64,000 nt of DNA from a bacterium (GTDB taxonomy: Bacteria > UBA8248): assembly GCA_965203325.1 (NCBI GenBank), contig OZ241875.1:2432001-2496000 (forward strand). Direction: 5' to 3'. The translations under genes and the position numbers were made by a program. Shown here in pieces: positions 61,305 to 64,000 of this stretch; within the stretch, counting starts at the first letter, position 1, and every line of letters begins with the position of its first letter. Below the pieces are notes generated by a model. The model was not told the origin of the DNA. It made no database searches and saw nothing but the letters and a program-made list of their open reading frames with translations.

Positions 61305-62669
61305 ATGAGCGAGGGGAAAGACTTCCGGGAAGTGCTGGACTATATCGACGAGAACGCGGATCGCTTCGTGGCGGATCTGCAGGAACTCTGCCGCCAGCCG
61401 AGCATATCGACGACCAACGTGGGGATCAGGGAGATGGCGGCCCTTCTGGAGGCCCGCGTGGCGCGCTCGGGGCTCGAGACGACGCTCCATGAAACCGAGG
61501 GCAACCCGATTCTCACCGCGCGCTTAGGAGGCGGCGGGGACAAGACGCTTCTCTTCTACAACCACTACGACGTGCAGCCGGCCGAGCCGCTCTCGGAATG
61601 GGACACGCCGCCTTTCGACGCCGAGATTGTCGACGGAGCCGTCATCGCGAGAGGGGCGACGGACAACAAGGGCAACATCATGAGCCGCCTCGCGGCGTTC
61701 GAGGCCTTCCTCGCTGTGCGCGGGGAACTGCCGTGTTCGGTCAAGTACATCATCGAGGGCGAAGAGGAGGTGGGAAGCCCCTCGCTCGAGCCCTTCGTGA
61801 AGGAAAACGGAGATCTGCTCGCGGCGGACGGCTGCGTATGGGAGGACAACACCACGCGGGTGGACACGCCCGTGCTCTCGCTCGGCAACAAGGGCCTTTG
61901 CTACATGGAGCTCACCTGCCGGACGGCGAACGTGGATTTTCACAGCTCGAACGCCCAGATATACGAGAACGCGGCCTGGCGCATGACGTGGGCGCTCTCG
62001 ACCATGAAGGACCAGGACGAGAACGTGCTGGTGGAAGGTTTTTACGACGACGTGCTGCCGATTACCGAGATCGAGGACGAACTCATCCGCCGCGTGCTGC
62101 CTTATAATGGGGCGGAGCGCATCGAGAAGTTCGAGCTCAGGAAGTTCCTGCTCGACATGAAGGACGAGGACCTCCCCCGCCGCCACCTCGCGAACCCGAC
62201 ATTCAACATCGCGGGCTTCGACGGCGGCTACACCGGCGAGGGGGTGAAGACCATCGTCTCCGCCCGCGCGCGGGCCAAGATCGACTGCCGCCTCGTGCCG
62301 AACCAGGACCCTTACAAGATAAGGGACTGCGTGCGCGCGCATCTCGACAGGCACGGCTTCGAGGACATCGGCGTGGAGCTTCTGTTCACCTCCTACCCGG
62401 CGAAGAGCGACCCCGAGGCCGACATCGTGAAGGCCTGCAACGCGGCGTCGCACAGGCTCTACGGGGAAGACGCCATCATCAACCCCTTCGGCAACGGCAG
62501 CACGCCGACGTATATTGTGCTCAAACACCTCGGCATTCCGCTTTCCTCGACCGGGGTGGGCCGCATCACCTCGCGCACGCACAGCGCGAACGAGAACCTG
62601 AAGATCGCGGACCTGATCGACGGGGCCAAGTGGATGGCCGCCATCTGCGAGGAGTTCAGCGGGTTGTAA
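61305..62669 (+). CDS. M20/M25/M40 family metallo-hydrolase (dipeptidase-like)
   Basis: YNHYDVQP, ARGATDNKG, EGEEEVGS, HSANEN. Confidence 0.95.
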   Translation: MSEGKDFREVLDYIDENADRFVADLQELCRQPSISTTNVGIREMAALLEARVARSGLETTLHETEGNPILTARLGGGGDKTLLFYNHYDVQPAEPLSEWDTPPFDAEIVDGAVIARGATDNKGNIMSRLAAFEAFLAVRGELPCSVKYIIEGEEEVGSPSLEPFVKENGDLLAADGCVWEDNTTRVDTPVLSLGNKGLCYMELTCRTANVDFHSSNAQIYENAAWRMTWALSTMKDQDENVLVEGFYDDVLPITEIEDELIRRVLPYNGAERIEKFELRKFLLDMKDEDLPRRHLANPTFNIAGFDGGYTGEGVKTIVSARARAKIDCRLVPNQDPYKIRDCVRAHLDRHGFEDIGVELLFTSYPAKSDPEADIVKACNAASHRLYGEDAIINPFGNGSTPTYIVLKHLGIPLSSTGVGRITSRTHSANENLKIADLIDGAKWMAAICEEFSGL

Positions 62670-62738
62670 AGAGTTCATGGGGGCCGCCACCGCGCGCCCG
62701 TTTTCATAGCGAAGGAATCACGCACACAGGAGAAGAAG

Positions 62739-63134
62739 ATGCACGTTTTCGATCTGGAAAAGGAAAAGGAATTCAGCACCGAAAAGCACGTGGAGAAGAT
62801 TCTGGGCCGCTACGAGGAGGGCGACGTGACGGTGGCCTGCTGGGAACCGGGACAGGTGAGCCCCTACCACTGCCACCCCTACGCCACGGAGATTTATTTC
62901 TGCTACAAGGGCGGCGGCAGGATGAAGACCCCCACCGGCGAGGTCGACGTGATCCCCGGTTCGTTCATCGTCCATCCCCCGGGCGAGCTTCATGAATACA
63001 CGAACGGTTCGGAGCGTACGCTCCTCTACCGGGTGCGCTACGGGGGCGATAAGCTCTCGCGCCACAAGGAATGGCCCACCAACCCGAACTGGAAGCCCCG
63101 GCCCGAGGACGAGGAGTATTTCAAGGGCGCGTAG
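62739..63134 (+). CDS. Cupin domain protein
   Basis: PGQVSPYHCHPYATE...PPGELHEY. Confidence 0.9.
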   Translation: MHVFDLEKEKEFSTEKHVEKILGRYEEGDVTVACWEPGQVSPYHCHPYATEIYFCYKGGGRMKTPTGEVDVIPGSFIVHPPGELHEYTNGSERTLLYRVRYGGDKLSRHKEWPTNPNWKPRPEDEEYFKGA

Positions 63135-63147
63135 GCATCCTCGAATC

Positions 63148-63549
63148 GTAGGGGCGGGCACTTCCTCCTTGAGAGTTTTGCCATCTAGGGAATAGGAGAA
63201 ATCAACTCCCCCTCAAGGGGGGAGTAAACTTCATCTTTCATCGGTCGGGTTTGACTCTAAGGGGGTCGTCGAAAAAACCTTACCAAGACATTAACCCCCC
63301 CTACCCCCCCTTGTCAGGGGTCAAAACCGACCGAAGAGGGAGGTTTTGCAAGACGATGTGTTTCTCGTCAATGGCTTATGCAAACGCTCGTTCATCACTC
63401 GCGTTTGACCCCTGACAAGGGGGGTAGGGGGGGTGGTTTTATGGGATTTCTCTTTCAAGGGGGTTGCCATTACCTTCTCAGGGACTTTTTCAACAATCCC
63501 TACGAGGCCAAGTGCGATCTGCAGGGCGGACACATGGGTCCGCCCCTAC
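63148..63549. repeat. Nested repeat cluster (REP pair enclosing MITE-like elements)
   Basis: GTAGGGGCGG...CCGCCCCTAC outer arms; CTCCCCCTCAAGGGGGGAG; long inverted repeat 63294-63434; the ~63420-63500 tail is shared with ~41630-41712. Confidence 0.8.
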
Positions 63550-63611
63550 GAAATCATACCCGAACCGATACCCCATCCAGAGACGGAGAACCACCGATAT
63601 GGAGTGCGCCC

Positions 63612-64000
63612 GTGAACGACACGATGGATTTCGATGAGTGCATCTCGCGCCGGGCTGAAGCCATGTACCTGACGACGGACCTGACCGAGGTCAGGCGTCG
63701 GACGATAGACGCTATGAGGCTCTTCCCCGGCGCGCGCGTTCTGGACGTGGGTTCCGGCCCCGGCCTGTTCGCCGATGAGATGGCGCCGATGGTCGGCCCG
63801 ACGGGCTGCGTGCGCGGTGTGGACATCAGCGAGCCGATGATCGCGCTCGCCCGGGCGCGCTGCGACGATAAGCTCTGGGTCGACTTTCAAATCGCCGACG
63901 CCGTATCACTCCCGTTCGAAGATGGCGGTTTCGACGCCTGCGTGAGCGTGCAGGTGCTCGAGTTCGTGGCTGATGTGGATGCGGCCTTGCGCGAGTTTCA
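63612..64000 (+). CDS. Class I SAM-dependent methyltransferase (UbiE-like), runs off the right edge
   Basis: Manual translation ...RVLDVGSGPG...VRGVDISEPMI...ADAVSLPFEDGGFDAC; GGAG RBS and GTG start. Confidence 0.9.
   Translation, partial: MNDTMDFDECISRRAEAMYLTTDLTEVRRRTIDAMRLFPGARVLDVGSGPGLFADEMAPMVGPTGCVRGVDISEPMIALARARCDDKLWVDFQIADAVSLPFEDGGFDACVSVQVLEFVADVDAALREF

Overview
High-GC bacterial chromosomal segment with about 50 genes. I found no rRNA, tRNA, CRISPR array or intact transposase. The core content is a split ATP synthase operon (b'-b-delta-alpha-gamma-beta-epsilon, with a and c absent). Most of the remainder is a dense, paralog-rich catabolic and transport landscape: family-5 and sugar ABC transporters, 3 alpha/beta hydrolases, 3 crotonases (one HmfE-like), 3 VOC proteins, 2 FAH hydrolases, tandem duplicated TPP E1 alpha/beta pairs, an LLM oxidoreductase, CoA transferase/ligase/lyase, and an amidohydrolase-Rieske pair. 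Five accessory features stand out. (1) An AT-rich islet encodes a proteasome-beta-like Ntn hydrolase overlapping an unlisted 56-aa ORF. (2) A 1536-aa autotransporter-like protein has a passenger made of six Cache-like domains in three ~335-aa repeats. (3) A 2.2-kb FitAB toxin-antitoxin plus DUF429-like nuclease block is bracketed by an exactly inverted REP pair. (4) A HelD/helicase IV-like protein with a nuclease insert and Zn ribbons lies next to an orphan HigA whose toxin gene is reduced to four codons. (5) Intergenic regions carry many nested REP/MITE-like palindromes. All family assignments come from motif recognition by eye, not from database searches.
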